DNA of 64,000 nucleotides from Candidatus Saccharibacteria bacterium UBA2018 (GCA_002335175.1 DDCA01000001.1:225631-289630); one strand, 5' to 3'; positions 1-9,722 are shown, counted from the stretch's first letter. Notes: a model not told the origin generated them from the sequence alone. Numbers and translations are program-made.

Positions 1-357
1 TTCGGGCAAGGTCAACCACGGTGTCGTCAGCTAACGAATCGGCTTGGGCGAGATAAAGGATGATTCGCTGACCACTTTTCTTGATGGTTCGCGCCGGCGC
101 CCCGGTGATTACCTGTAAACTATGGCTTTTCCCAATTGCCATGCCGTCAATAAGCTCTAATGTCGGATGACTTTGGCGCAGCTTGCGTAATTCGTCACGT
201 GAACCGGCAATCATCCGCTTTACCATAAAAAGCGGTGCGTACGTTGGCGCTGATATTCTCAGTGTGCCGTTTGGGGCGACCGTGACTTTCATTGATGAAC
301 TCCGATTTGACCGCCGTACGGTAATTGAGCCGAATTCTTTATCGTTAATTATGGGCA
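1..357 (-). CDS. YgjP/DUF45-like metal-dependent hydrolase, N-terminal part (partial; continues past the left edge)
   Basis: Hand translation of the minus strand from ATG at 357-355 is open to position 1: MPIINDKEFGSITVRRSNRSSSMKVTVAPNGTLRISAPTYAPLFMVKRMIAGSRDELRKL... The pattern (short leader, RRSxR, then V.V.P.G.L.I..P) resembles DUF45/YgjP N-termini. The start abuts the stop of the upstream gene. The HExxH part would lie outside the window. Confidence 0.45.
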
Positions 358-909
358 TTAGCGGACAATAATTTGACCACGCGGTGGTACGGGCGGCCTA
401 TCGGGCGCAGCTGCAGCACGCGGAGCTGTTAGCTTCTTTAACACAATCCGGGCTTGGGTAGCATAGGTATGCTTTCCGCTAATTACCAGTGCATGTTCGT
501 TCGGCTGCGGAGGTGAAAAACGCTTTGTAATCCGTTCGTGATCTTCCGGGTTCAAGATTCCTTGCTTTACACTTCTCAGTTGGGCCGTTTCGGCATCGAC
601 CTGTACCCAGACGAAGAGGGGGGCGTAGCCGGCTTTCTTTAGATCCCGGGTAAGGTCTGTACGTGCCGCTCGAGTGTCGGTGTTTACTTCAATTACGATT
701 GATTTCTTGGTCTTCAATACCTCGTGGAGCATAATACGCACGAGTTCGTGAGAGCTCTCACTATTTAGTGCATGGCGATCCAAAGCAGCCTGCTCTATGT
801 ATGGAGCATTAAACATCTCAGCGAACTTATGCGCAAAATAGGTCTTGCCGCTTCCTGGAATCCCCACCATGACAATAGCGTGCGGCTTGTCGAGCTGGAG
901 TGACTTCAT
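358..909 (-). CDS. P-loop NTPase / small kinase-like ATP-binding protein (AAA_33 / zeta-toxin-like fold)
   Basis: 183-aa ORF with a Walker A motif GIPGSGKT near the N-terminus. Size and layout are typical of small nucleotide or polynucleotide kinase-like proteins. Confidence 0.6.
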   Translation of the reverse strand: MKSLQLDKPHAIVMVGIPGSGKTYFAHKFAEMFNAPYIEQAALDRHALNSESSHELVRIMLHEVLKTKKSIVIEVNTDTRAARTDLTRDLKKAGYAPLFVWVQVDAETAQLRSVKQGILNPEDHERITKRFSPPQPNEHALVISGKHTYATQARIVLKKLTAPRAAAAPDRPPVPPRGQIIVR

Positions 910-944
910 ATAGGGCTAGTATAGCAAACTCGCCCCGTATTAGG

Positions 945-1703
945 TTAGTAGCCCGAATCTCTTCCTAGTTCAAGCAGTGTTTCAATCAATTCTTTTCGGT
1001 CTAAGTGAGATGTTTCAATCTGGTTGTGCTGAGCAATAACATACCCCTGTATAATCTGCTTCAAGTAAAGCGCATCTTTGCGCCAGAAGTAGTCAATTTC
1101 ATAGTGGTCGGTAGAGTTCATTACTCGGCTCGAAATAGTAAGCGAGCCGAAAATCGGCCCGGTGCTACAGGTTACGTTCAAAACATCTTCAATACGGATG
1201 CTAATAACACTAGCGGTCCAAAAAAAGGTGCGCTTGGTTATCGTCACCTTCGTGCGGTCAACAATAACCGAGTCCGGAAAGAGGTTTACAGGTAATATAA
1301 CCGTCTGTGCACCGGCGAGTATCTGGTGTGACTTTTGAACTATTTTATGAAGGTTCTCCTTCGGATCGAGAGTCATGGCACTGCTTTCCTCCCCCTCGCG
1401 GATTCCTTCTGAAGCTTTCGCTTTCTGGGAGCCCGGCCCACCGGTTGATTCATTTCCTTGGCTTTGCTGTTCGTTATCGTTCGTAGGTTGTGACGCCTCA
1501 GGCTGAATACGGTTAAACAGCAGTCTATCCGGGTGGAGAGCCGATACGTCTTGCTTCAAGAACTCTTTAGTTACATCATACGTCCGGGTAGCTAGTCCTC
1601 CCATTTTGCGGCTCTGGCGCAGTAACAGGTCGTAAGGACGTAGTTTCTTGGGTGCGAGGTCGTCGGAAATAACGTTTGGGTTCAGGGATTCTTCGTCGTC
1701 CAC
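945..1703 (-). CDS. hypothetical protein, possible C-terminal bacterial PH-like (bPH) domain
   Basis: 252-aa ORF. The central part is low complexity and acidic. The C-terminal 110 aa (DSVIVDRTKVTITKRTFFWTASVISIRIEDVLNV...GSLTISSRV) has the beta-rich pattern of bPH domains. No other motif was recognised. Confidence 0.45.
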   Translation of the reverse strand: MDDEESLNPNVISDDLAPKKLRPYDLLLRQSRKMGGLATRTYDVTKEFLKQDVSALHPDRLLFNRIQPEASQPTNDNEQQSQGNESTGGPGSQKAKASEGIREGEESSAMTLDPKENLHKIVQKSHQILAGAQTVILPVNLFPDSVIVDRTKVTITKRTFFWTASVISIRIEDVLNVTCSTGPIFGSLTISSRVMNSTDHYEIDYFWRKDALYLKQIIQGYVIAQHNQIETSHLDRKELIETLLELGRDSGY

Positions 1704-1883
1704 ACGCTACCTCCGTTTAGGTATCTGTATTATATCACGAATATAGTGTCGAGCACAATCTGGCTGACGCTACATGTATGATACGACAGAAATCTGAAAA
1801 AATGCTGATAAACAGAGGATTTTAAATATCAAGAATCCTTAGCGATCTTTCGTGAGAAATATTTTTGTTATATATTTTCTTGG

Positions 1884-2477
1884 TCATAATTCTTTAGTGA
1901 TTTCATCATAAATGCTTGGACTGATTTTCTTTAAGAAATTACCCCATGATTCAAGGTATTTTACTTCCTCAGCCCAGTTTTCTTTAGAAAGCCTGTGTCC
2001 TAATAGTCGCATATTGCGCTCGCTCACATCCTTAGTTAAAGTGGGGTGATTTTCCCAGTCAAGCATATCTTGCGTTAAAAATGCTTTAACTGCCGTTTCC
2101 GGATAGCCCAGAAGGTTTCCTGCGTTCGAATGACTTTCCTGAATGTTATCAAACGCTGCTTTTAGCTGCAAAGCTACTCTTTTACTTGGAGCGACGTAGA
2201 CTCTCATAACTTCCTGTGCCATGCTGGACGAGTCATTGGTACGCGCTTCCATAATTTCAACGGTATTTACATGCGACAGCTTCAACTCAGAAAGTATAGA
2301 GGACAGCGTGTCTATCAGCGAGGTTTCGATATGGATAGTATCGTCTGTGGAGCCGAATGGTCTGCCTTGCATTACGACTTGCGCAGATGGCTTTAGCCCA
2401 CCGTAAACCAATAGAAGACTCGCCTTGTCGTGCGCTAACATTCCTTTAAGAAGCTCTAAGTCCTTAATTGCTTTCAT
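1884..2477 (-). CDS. hypothetical protein (low-GC islet gene 1)
   Basis: ORF 1884..2504. The track start at 2504 is a TTG; the first ATG is at 2477 (MKAIKDLELLKG...). The sequence is visibly AT-richer than the neighbours. No recognisable motif. Confidence 0.45.
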   Translation of the reverse strand: MKAIKDLELLKGMLAHDKASLLLVYGGLKPSAQVVMQGRPFGSTDDTIHIETSLIDTLSSILSELKLSHVNTVEIMEARTNDSSSMAQEVMRVYVAPSKRVALQLKAAFDNIQESHSNAGNLLGYPETAVKAFLTQDMLDWENHPTLTKDVSERNMRLLGHRLSKENWAEEVKYLESWGNFLKKISPSIYDEITKEL

Positions 2478-2565
2478 CAGTATATGATAACAAAAAGCCT
2501 TCAATGAGGAGGCTTATCATATCGTGCTAATACTGGCAGCCTCTCATGGACGCACTTCGCAATAA

Positions 2566-3396
2566 TTAATCTAGCAGAGCAGATAACAAACTTTTTCCTG
2601 CTTCTTCGATCGTCCCATTCCTAGCATGATCAATCCAATATGTCTTAATAGCGTTAGCCCCATCTGTACTGGCCCTTGCTAATATTAGGCATGTTTGGAA
2701 AATGTGATTACGCGCCTCGTCATCGGTAGCTTGCTCATACAGCAATCGTAACGTAAGAAACGTACTATCACCTTTCATAGACAAAGACTCTTTCCCATTA
2801 GGTATTGCTGCATATGCTCGAATAGATATAGCGCCTAGTATTACTGAAGTCACGACTCGATGAATGCCGTCTATCATTTCGATACGTCCATCTCTTTCAG
2901 CCGTGAGTACTGGAGCCGAAAGAATCTGATCAAGGTCTGATTTAGGTCTAAATTCATTTAACCCAGCTGGATCTTCAGAAGGGTCTGGGTATTTATTAAA
3001 GTAGTCCACTAGATACTTAGCGAAGGCTGTCGGGCTGTTACGGATCTCGTCACTATACACAATGTCATTGATATGCGGTTTTGTACCTGTGAGCGTCAAA
3101 GAACCTATCGGAAGCTTAATATCAAGCCACTCGTATGATGTATCAGTTACTGCATGAAACACACCATTCATGCGGTACGTATATGAAAGTGATTCCAGGA
3201 GTCTATCTATTTGATTATCGCTTAGTAAGCTAAGTGCTTCATGTAATGTCCCATTCTCTGACGAAATCGAATCACCTAGAATATTTGGAAATTCTGCTTC
3301 TATATATGCACGTGCAACATCACGATATGAGACATCTTCATCATAGATTTCTAAAGCTTGCGATTTCGTGACTGAGGTTTCGGGTACATTCGACAT
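2566..3396 (-). CDS. ParB/sulfiredoxin-fold (ParB N-terminal nuclease-like) domain protein
   Basis: ORF 2566..3414. The track start is a TTG; the first ATG is at 3396 (MSNVPETS...). It contains IKLPIGSLTL...PVLTAERDGRIEMIDGIHRVVTSVILG, which matches the DGxHR core motif of the ParB/Srx fold. AT-rich. Confidence 0.5.
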   Translation of the reverse strand: MSNVPETSVTKSQALEIYDEDVSYRDVARAYIEAEFPNILGDSISSENGTLHEALSLLSDNQIDRLLESLSYTYRMNGVFHAVTDTSYEWLDIKLPIGSLTLTGTKPHINDIVYSDEIRNSPTAFAKYLVDYFNKYPDPSEDPAGLNEFRPKSDLDQILSAPVLTAERDGRIEMIDGIHRVVTSVILGAISIRAYAAIPNGKESLSMKGDSTFLTLRLLYEQATDDEARNHIFQTCLILARASTDGANAIKTYWIDHARNGTIEEAGKSLLSALLD

Positions 3397-3436
3397 GCAT
3401 ATATAATAAAACAAATATACTATATAGTCAATATCC

Positions 3437-3512
3437 TGGCAGGGGCAGCAGGACTCGAACCTACGACACCTGGTTTTGGAGACCAGTGCTCTACCAACTG
3501 AGCTATGCCCCT
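3437..3512 (-). tRNA. tRNA-Trp (anticodon CCA), CCA end encoded
   Basis: The reverse complement reads GGGGCATAGCTCAGTTGGTAGAGCACTGGTCTCCAAAACCAGGTGTCGTAGGTTCGAGTCCTGCTGCCCCTGCCA. It forms a cloverleaf with anticodon stem CTGGT/ACCAG, loop CTCCAAA, and T-arm GTAGGTTCGAGTCCTGC. Confidence 0.92.
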
Positions 3513-3554
3513 TTATTTGCCATATAAATTGTACCAGATACCAGAGCTACGACA

Positions 3555-4523
3555 CTACTTAGACTGCTGTACTCGCACTGCACGGCGGAAGCGCCGCTCC
3601 GTATCTGGGTCGGCATAACGGACAATCGGGTCTGATGCGAGCGCCCTGTTTTTCTTTTGTACCCGGGCATTTTCTTTTTGCAGTTCCGATACAAAGTAAT
3701 TTTCAATCAGCCATTCGCGCCCTGGTACGGTTTTGCCTTGCACTGTCATCATCCATAGTTCATCACTCCACTTGGCTGTTTCGACAATTCGAAGGCGCTC
3801 GGCTATCATCATTGGGCCTGTCGGTAGCTTAGCGATAGTGTTCTTTACCAGCTTTTCCCCTAGTTCTTTGTCGTTCACCAATACATCAACAGCGAGTGTC
3901 CGTACCCCGTTTGGCGTGACATGCACGGCATCAATCTTTTGGTTATGAATCCAGATGACTTCTCCACTCAGGCTTCTTAACTTCGTCGACCGTAGTGTCA
4001 GGCGTTCAACAACACCAGTGACATTCCAAAATGATTCTACTTTGATGTAGTCTCCCACCGTAAACCAACGTTCAATAATGATCACGGCACCGGCCGTAAT
4101 GTCCCGTAGCAATGGCCCGGCAGTTTGGCTCGCCACAACTATAAAGACAGCACTGGCACCGATGGCAGCTGCACCACTTCCGCCTAGCTGGCGGCTGCCC
4201 TCGGGGCTAAGCATCCGCCACACTAAATACGCAACCACCGCCACAATCACAACTCGCACTACCGCTACCGTAACACCAAGATACGTCTCGACTTGCCGCA
4301 GCCGCAGAGCCTTTAGGGCATTTGATTCATTGTCTGAGCGGACGGCAACCTTTTGGGCGATAAAAATAATCAACTGCGCCACGAATCGGCTTAACCAGTA
4401 GCTAACGAGTACTGAGCCGATTAAAATTAAAATCGACCGGTAGGCGTTCGGTTCTGACAAAAAGCTGCCGACTTCTTGCATTGTCCTATCTATAAAATCC
4501 TGCTCAAACATAACCTTACCCAT
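3555..4523 (-). CDS. mechanosensitive ion channel (MscS family) protein
   Basis: Three predicted TM helices are followed by the MscS beta-domain signature (GDYIKVESFWNVTGVVERLTLRSTKLRSLSGEVIWIHNQKI). The start is placed at the ATG at 4523 (MGKVMFEQ...). The longer track ORF would overlap the divergent gene. Confidence 0.8.
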   Translation of the reverse strand: MGKVMFEQDFIDRTMQEVGSFLSEPNAYRSILILIGSVLVSYWLSRFVAQLIIFIAQKVAVRSDNESNALKALRLRQVETYLGVTVAVVRVVIVAVVAYLVWRMLSPEGSRQLGGSGAAAIGASAVFIVVASQTAGPLLRDITAGAVIIIERWFTVGDYIKVESFWNVTGVVERLTLRSTKLRSLSGEVIWIHNQKIDAVHVTPNGVRTLAVDVLVNDKELGEKLVKNTIAKLPTGPMMIAERLRIVETAKWSDELWMMTVQGKTVPGREWLIENYFVSELQKENARVQKKNRALASDPIVRYADPDTERRFRRAVRVQQSK

Positions 4524-4668
4524 TGTAGCGAAGCATACTGAGGATTCAAGGTGTAAAAAGTACTTACTACCACTTGCCAAAAGCATAAGCACCTCTATAT
4601 AATAACGAGCAGAATCAACACGTGAAGGAGGCGGGACCCTAGTTTTGTAGGTGTTCGACAGAGGTGGA

Positions 4669-5886
4669 ATGAACATACTAATGCTAGGGTGGGAATTACC
4701 TCCGCACAATAGCGGTGGACTCGGGGTCGCCTGCTACTACATGAGCAAAGCCCTTGCTCTGAAGGGTGCTTCCATTGACTTTGTAGTTCCCTACAAGGCT
4801 GATCACCCCAATGCCGGTTTTATGACTATTCACAGTGCCACCTCTCTAAACCCACTTCATCGGAATGGCATGGGTGCTTACGACAATCCAGCAATTGCCG
4901 ATGCCCTGCACCGAAAGCCGGGAGAAGGTCTGAACAATATCCGGGATGTCCAGGCAGAGTATGTTTCGTATGTCGAGAGTATGGTTAAGGACAAGTCTCC
5001 CGATGCTATCCACGCACACGACTGGCTCACCATCGAAGCTGGCATGAGAGCAAAGGAATTAACAGGTGCTCCCCTAATCGTTCATGTTCATGCAACAGAA
5101 TTCGACCGATCCGGACAGGGCTACGGCAACCCGCTGGTCCATGAAATTGAACAGCAAGGTCTTTTGATGGCTGACCGTATTTTTGCAGTATCTAATATTA
5201 CCAAGGGGCTCATCGTCAGCCGCTATAATATTCCGGCTGATAAGATTGAGGTTCTTCACAATGCGTTTGACCCAATTGAGCTGACTAATTACACATACGA
5301 CCTAAGGACATATAAATACTTGGAACACCTCCGATCCGAGGGATTTACGGTTGTATCAACGGTTACGCGCTTCACGGTTCAAAAAGGCCTCATTCATTTT
5401 TTAAAGGCAGCTGCGCGAGCCAGCGAGCGATACGATAAATTAGTTTTTCTTATGGCCGGCGACGGCGAGCAACGCGACGAATTGGTTCGCCTGAGTGCAG
5501 ATCTTGGGATAGCCGACAAAGTATTCTTTACAGGTTTCGTCCGCGGCCGACAATGGCGGGATGCGTACAGCGTATCAGATGTGTTTGTGATGAGTTCGGT
5601 ATCGGAGCCGTTCGGTCTGACCGCCCTCGAGGCCGCTCACCACGACAATGCCTTAATTATTAGCAAGCAGTCTGGCGTAGGTGAAGTACTCGACAGTATT
5701 TTCCGGTTCGATTTCTGGGATATAGATCGGTTAGCCGACCAGATGGTCGCCGTCGCAGCATCAGGAGCTTTGAAACACGAGCTTAAGGCCAACGTTAAGC
5801 GGGAGTACGCTCGGTTGTCGTGGGACGATGTCGCTGCCCGCTGCCTTGCGATATACCAGCATGTCAGGGTTGGGGTCGCCTCATGA
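4669..5886 (+). CDS. GT-B glycosyltransferase, glycogen/alpha-glucan synthase-like (GT4/GT5-like)
   Basis: MNILMLGWELPPHNSGGLGVACY... at the N-terminus and a C-terminal EPFGLTALEAA motif are typical of retaining GT-B synthases. ATG at 4669 is preceded by GAGGTGG. The stop overlaps the next start (ATGA). Confidence 0.75.
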   Translation: MNILMLGWELPPHNSGGLGVACYYMSKALALKGASIDFVVPYKADHPNAGFMTIHSATSLNPLHRNGMGAYDNPAIADALHRKPGEGLNNIRDVQAEYVSYVESMVKDKSPDAIHAHDWLTIEAGMRAKELTGAPLIVHVHATEFDRSGQGYGNPLVHEIEQQGLLMADRIFAVSNITKGLIVSRYNIPADKIEVLHNAFDPIELTNYTYDLRTYKYLEHLRSEGFTVVSTVTRFTVQKGLIHFLKAAARASERYDKLVFLMAGDGEQRDELVRLSADLGIADKVFFTGFVRGRQWRDAYSVSDVFVMSSVSEPFGLTALEAAHHDNALIISKQSGVGEVLDSIFRFDFWDIDRLADQMVAVAASGALKHELKANVKREYARLSWDDVAARCLAIYQHVRVGVAS

Positions 5887-7112
5887 ACAAGCGCGGCATT
5901 GTCTTATACCTACATGTCCACCAACCGTGGCGTGTTCGAGAATACTCCGTGTTTGATACCTCGCATACCCACGATTACTTTAGTGCAGCCGACGAAACGG
6001 ACCGCAATAACAAGCGGGTTCTCGAGAAAGTTGCCGACAAATCCTACCGGCCGATGAACGCACTTCTTATGAAACTGCTAGGCACTCATCCTGACTTCAA
6101 GCTTTCGCTGAGCATCACTGGAACCTTTATCGAGCAGTGTGAGGCCTGGGCACCCGACGTACTGGAAGATTTTAAACGGTTAGTCGCGACCGGACGCGTT
6201 GAGATTGTTGCGGAAACGTATTATCATTCGCTCGCTTTCTTCTATAGCCGTGAAGAATTTGAGCGTCAAGTCGAGCTCCACCGCCAAAAAATTCAAGAGG
6301 TGTTTGGTGTTACGCCGACCGCCCTTCGTAACACCGAGCTGGCATATAACGACGAGCTTGCAAATTGGGCCGACAGCAAGGGCTATAAAGCAATCCTGGC
6401 TGAAGGCTGGGATCCAATTTTGGGAGACCGCAGCCCGAACCATGTCTACCGGCCTTCAAACACCGAATCGCTTCGTTTACTCTTAAAGAATTACCGGCTG
6501 AGCGATGACATTGCTTTCCGTTTCGGTAACCGTGACTGGCAAGACTGGCCGCTTTCGGCCGAGACATATGCGCACTGGCTTGATAGCTCAAACGAGCAAG
6601 GTCCGCTCATTAACTTATTCATGGACTATGAAACTTTTGGCGAACACCAGTGGGCAGATACGGGTATCTTCGATTTCTTTGAATCTCTTGTAAGCAAGTG
6701 GCTTGAACGTCAAAACTCAACCTTCTATACGGTTACTGAAGCCTCCGTCTCATTTGAGCCGGGTGATGAAATTTCGATGCCTGACACCGTTACCTGGGCC
6801 GATACCGAACGTGATCTGACTGCGTGGCTGGGCAATGGCATGCAGCACGAAGCTATGCGGTATCTGTACCATATGGAAGATGATGTTATGCGCAGCGGCG
6901 ACATAGGGCTAATTAGTGATTGGCGACGATTGCAGACATCCGACCATGCGTACTATATGTGCACCAAATGGTTCCGCGACGGTGATGTGCACGCCTATTT
7001 TAGTCCATACGATTCGCCATACGACGCTTTTTTGTATTACATGAATGCCATCCGTGATATGCGTTACCGCCTGATGGCGTACCACAATATCGGAGGCGGT
7101 CATCATGGCTAG
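5883..7112 (+). CDS. glycoside hydrolase family 57 protein (alpha-amylase / branching-enzyme-like)
   Basis: N-terminus GIVLYLHVHQPWRVREY, later FMDYETFGEHQW. These are GH57-type motifs. The ATG at 5883 overlaps the upstream stop codon. Confidence 0.75.
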   Translation: MNKRGIVLYLHVHQPWRVREYSVFDTSHTHDYFSAADETDRNNKRVLEKVADKSYRPMNALLMKLLGTHPDFKLSLSITGTFIEQCEAWAPDVLEDFKRLVATGRVEIVAETYYHSLAFFYSREEFERQVELHRQKIQEVFGVTPTALRNTELAYNDELANWADSKGYKAILAEGWDPILGDRSPNHVYRPSNTESLRLLLKNYRLSDDIAFRFGNRDWQDWPLSAETYAHWLDSSNEQGPLINLFMDYETFGEHQWADTGIFDFFESLVSKWLERQNSTFYTVTEASVSFEPGDEISMPDTVTWADTERDLTAWLGNGMQHEAMRYLYHMEDDVMRSGDIGLISDWRRLQTSDHAYYMCTKWFRDGDVHAYFSPYDSPYDAFLYYMNAIRDMRYRLMAYHNIGGGHHG

Positions 7113-9051
7113 GCCAGTCGTACTGTCAAATGGCGAACTTCATGTAGGTATCAATACAAATGGACTCGTCCATGACCTTTATTTCCCATACGTTGGCCTT
7201 GAAAATCACTGTGCACAGAATAACCTCCGCCATAAGGTAGGCATCTGGGTCGACGGCGCAATCAGTTGGCTTGATGATGGGGCTTGGGACGTCAAGGTAT
7301 GGACAGCCGAAGGCGCGCTAATTGGTCATGTACGGGCAATCCACGAGGCACTTGGTGTCATATTGGAATTTGACGATGCGGTCGACAGTGACGTCAGCTT
7401 GTTCATGCGAAACATTCATGTCATAAACGACAGAAACGAAGCACGCGATATTCGCTTATTCATGCATCAAGCATTCGCTATTGGGGATACCCGAAGTAAT
7501 ACCGACACTGCACAATATCTGCCGGACAGTGATGCGATTCTACACTACCGCGGTCGCAGAGCATTTGTCATATCGGGCGTGGACTCATCCGGCCAGGCGT
7601 TTGACCAGCATTCTATCGGCCTTTTTGGAATTGAAGGCCGCGAGGGAACGTATCGTGATGCCGATGACGGAGAACTATCCGGCGCAGCTGTTGAGCATGG
7701 CCGAGTAGACTCTACTATTCGTTTTCAGATGGAAATTGCAGCACATGATTCCGCCAGGATTCACTATTGGCTTGCAGCTGGCACCTCAACGCGCGAAGCC
7801 CTTCACATTCACAAAAACGTGAGCGAGACCGGGCTCGAAGCTTGCCTTCAGAGCACAGCGTTGTGGTGGCATGAATGGCTTAAGCCAGTCCATGCCGTAA
7901 GCCAACGGTTACCAAAGCAGTACCGGTCTTTATTCACTCACAGCGCTCTCGTTGTAAAAGCGCATATCGATAAGCGCGGCGCCGTGATTGCTAGCACCGA
8001 CACGACAATGCTTAATTACTCGCGTGATGCCTATGCCTACTGTTGGCCGCGTGATGCTGCCTATGCATTATGGCCGCTTATCCGGTTGGGATACGTGAGT
8101 GAGCCGCGCCGCTTCTTTGAATTTGCCCGTAGAGGCTTGCACCAAACCGGCTATCTGATGCATAAGTACCAAGCGGACGGGGCCCTAGGTTCCAGCTGGC
8201 ATCCATATATCCACGGGTCAATCAACGCTCCCCCTATCCAAGAGGATGAAACGGCATTAACACTGTTTATGTTTGCTCAGTTTTATCACGCACAAAACGA
8301 CCCTACATTATTAACTGAGTTTTACGGAAACTTCGTCACACCGATGGCGGACTTCCTTGCAGGATACATCGATGAAACAACCGGCTTGCCACGGCCAAGT
8401 TATGATTTGTGGGAAGAAAATTTCATTACGTCAACCTATACGACCGCGGTTGTCCACGCCAGCTTAATAGCTGCAGCAGATTTGGCTGAGGCAGCGAATG
8501 ACTCTGATTCAGCTGTTCGGTGGCGTTCCGTCGCAGACGACATACAACGCTGTGCTCACAAAAAACTGTTTAGCACCGAAACCGGCCATTTCCTGAAAGG
8601 TCTCCGCCCCCTCGATGACGGAGCATATGAGCCGGATACGACAATTGATATGGCGGCGTTCTACGGTTCATTTATGTTCGGTCTGTTCGACCTTTCGAGT
8701 GACGAAATCATGCGCTCGTTTGAGACGCTAAAGTCCACCTTTTCGTTTACCCCGGATCTGCCGGGGCTGCCCCGTTATCAAGATGACAGTTATCACCGCA
8801 CCGAACGGTCGGGGTATGGTAATTGGTGGTTTATCTCTTCGCTTTGGGTTGCTCAGTATGCTGCAGAAGCCAATAAAAAACAGCTGGCCAACAGCATCAT
8901 TTCTTGGGTTGAGTCGCAGGCAGGTTCTGCCAACATGCTGGCAGAACAATTGGAGCCAGGCAGTTTAAAGACCTTGTCTGTATCCCCACTTGTTTGGAGT
9001 CATGCCGAGTTCATGGCGACGTTACTCGATACCGTTGAGGAGCCGTCATGA
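7105..9051 (+). CDS. glycoside hydrolase family 15 protein (glucoamylase/glucodextranase-like)
   Basis: 648 aa. YSRDAYAYCWPRDAAYALWPL and DLWEENF motifs are characteristic of the GH15 catalytic (alpha/alpha)6 domain. It overlaps both neighbouring genes, consistent with an operon. Confidence 0.8.
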   Translation: MARPVVLSNGELHVGINTNGLVHDLYFPYVGLENHCAQNNLRHKVGIWVDGAISWLDDGAWDVKVWTAEGALIGHVRAIHEALGVILEFDDAVDSDVSLFMRNIHVINDRNEARDIRLFMHQAFAIGDTRSNTDTAQYLPDSDAILHYRGRRAFVISGVDSSGQAFDQHSIGLFGIEGREGTYRDADDGELSGAAVEHGRVDSTIRFQMEIAAHDSARIHYWLAAGTSTREALHIHKNVSETGLEACLQSTALWWHEWLKPVHAVSQRLPKQYRSLFTHSALVVKAHIDKRGAVIASTDTTMLNYSRDAYAYCWPRDAAYALWPLIRLGYVSEPRRFFEFARRGLHQTGYLMHKYQADGALGSSWHPYIHGSINAPPIQEDETALTLFMFAQFYHAQNDPTLLTEFYGNFVTPMADFLAGYIDETTGLPRPSYDLWEENFITSTYTTAVVHASLIAAADLAEAANDSDSAVRWRSVADDIQRCAHKKLFSTETGHFLKGLRPLDDGAYEPDTTIDMAAFYGSFMFGLFDLSSDEIMRSFETLKSTFSFTPDLPGLPRYQDDSYHRTERSGYGNWWFISSLWVAQYAAEANKKQLANSIISWVESQAGSANMLAEQLEPGSLKTLSVSPLVWSHAEFMATLLDTVEEPS

Positions 9052-9722
9052 GCGGGATAGCGAAAAAACTAGGGTCTGCACTCCCCAGGCACCTTTTACC
9101 GACAACGCAGGCTGTTAAGCGGATGATAACACGGTTTGCCGACGAGTATGGCCTAGTGTACTTCGGGTATGTCAGCCAGCGCAGTGACGATCATCACATA
9201 GTGCGCGGCTTAACGGTTTCAACTAAACACATTGACGACCACTACTGTATTGGTACCTACGACAACTATGATGTGGTGTTCGTGGAAAGGCGCGATTCGA
9301 TACAGGGCAAGGAGCATGTTTGGCACATCATGGAGTTCGACCTGAAGACCGACAAAGATATTCCACATACTTTTATCGGGTCCGGCACACACGGGAAAGG
9401 CTTTCATGAGCTGCTTTCGACAAAATATGGCAACTTGGTCCCTACGCAGCTGGGATTGACTCGGGACTATCTCGAGCGTTTCAAGGATAATTTCAAGCTT
9501 TATGTATCAGCCGAACACGCCGTCACCATTGAAACCGTTATTACTCCGGAAGCCGCCGAGATCATCGCAACGCACTTTAAAGGCCTTGTGGTCGAAATTA
9601 CGGACCAGGCACTGTACCTATACTCAGAGAAGTCTCACCTGACTCCGGAATTACTTGAAGCTATGCTCAAAAACGGTACGTGGCTCGCTCGCACTATAGA
9701 TATAAATAGCCGGTCATTGTAG
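9048..9722 (+). CDS. hypothetical protein, last gene of the alpha-glucan operon
   Basis: 224-aa ORF whose start overlaps the GH15 stop by 4 nt. No motif recognised. Confidence 0.5.
   Translation: MSGIAKKLGSALPRHLLPTTQAVKRMITRFADEYGLVYFGYVSQRSDDHHIVRGLTVSTKHIDDHYCIGTYDNYDVVFVERRDSIQGKEHVWHIMEFDLKTDKDIPHTFIGSGTHGKGFHELLSTKYGNLVPTQLGLTRDYLERFKDNFKLYVSAEHAVTIETVITPEAAEIIATHFKGLVVEITDQALYLYSEKSHLTPELLEAMLKNGTWLARTIDINSRSL

Noticed and set aside
183-371. Plus-strand 62-aa ORF at the left edge
   Set aside because: The minus strand is open across 1-357, has a DUF45-like N-terminus, and has a start abutting the upstream gene. The plus ORF is antisense to it and has no support.
1700-1900. Direct repeat of the tRNA-Trp 3' end (att site) at the far side of the low-GC islet
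   Set aside because: I looked for TGGCAGGGGCAGCAGG-like sequence near 1700-1900 and found none. No integrase is present either. The islet is therefore reported only as a compositional and positional anomaly, not as a defined mobile element.
4524-4709. 62-aa N-terminal extension of the MscS ORF (track ORF 3555..4709)
   Set aside because: The extension overlaps the divergent glycosyltransferase start region and has no channel-like sequence. The ATG at 4523 gives a normal MscS N-terminus.
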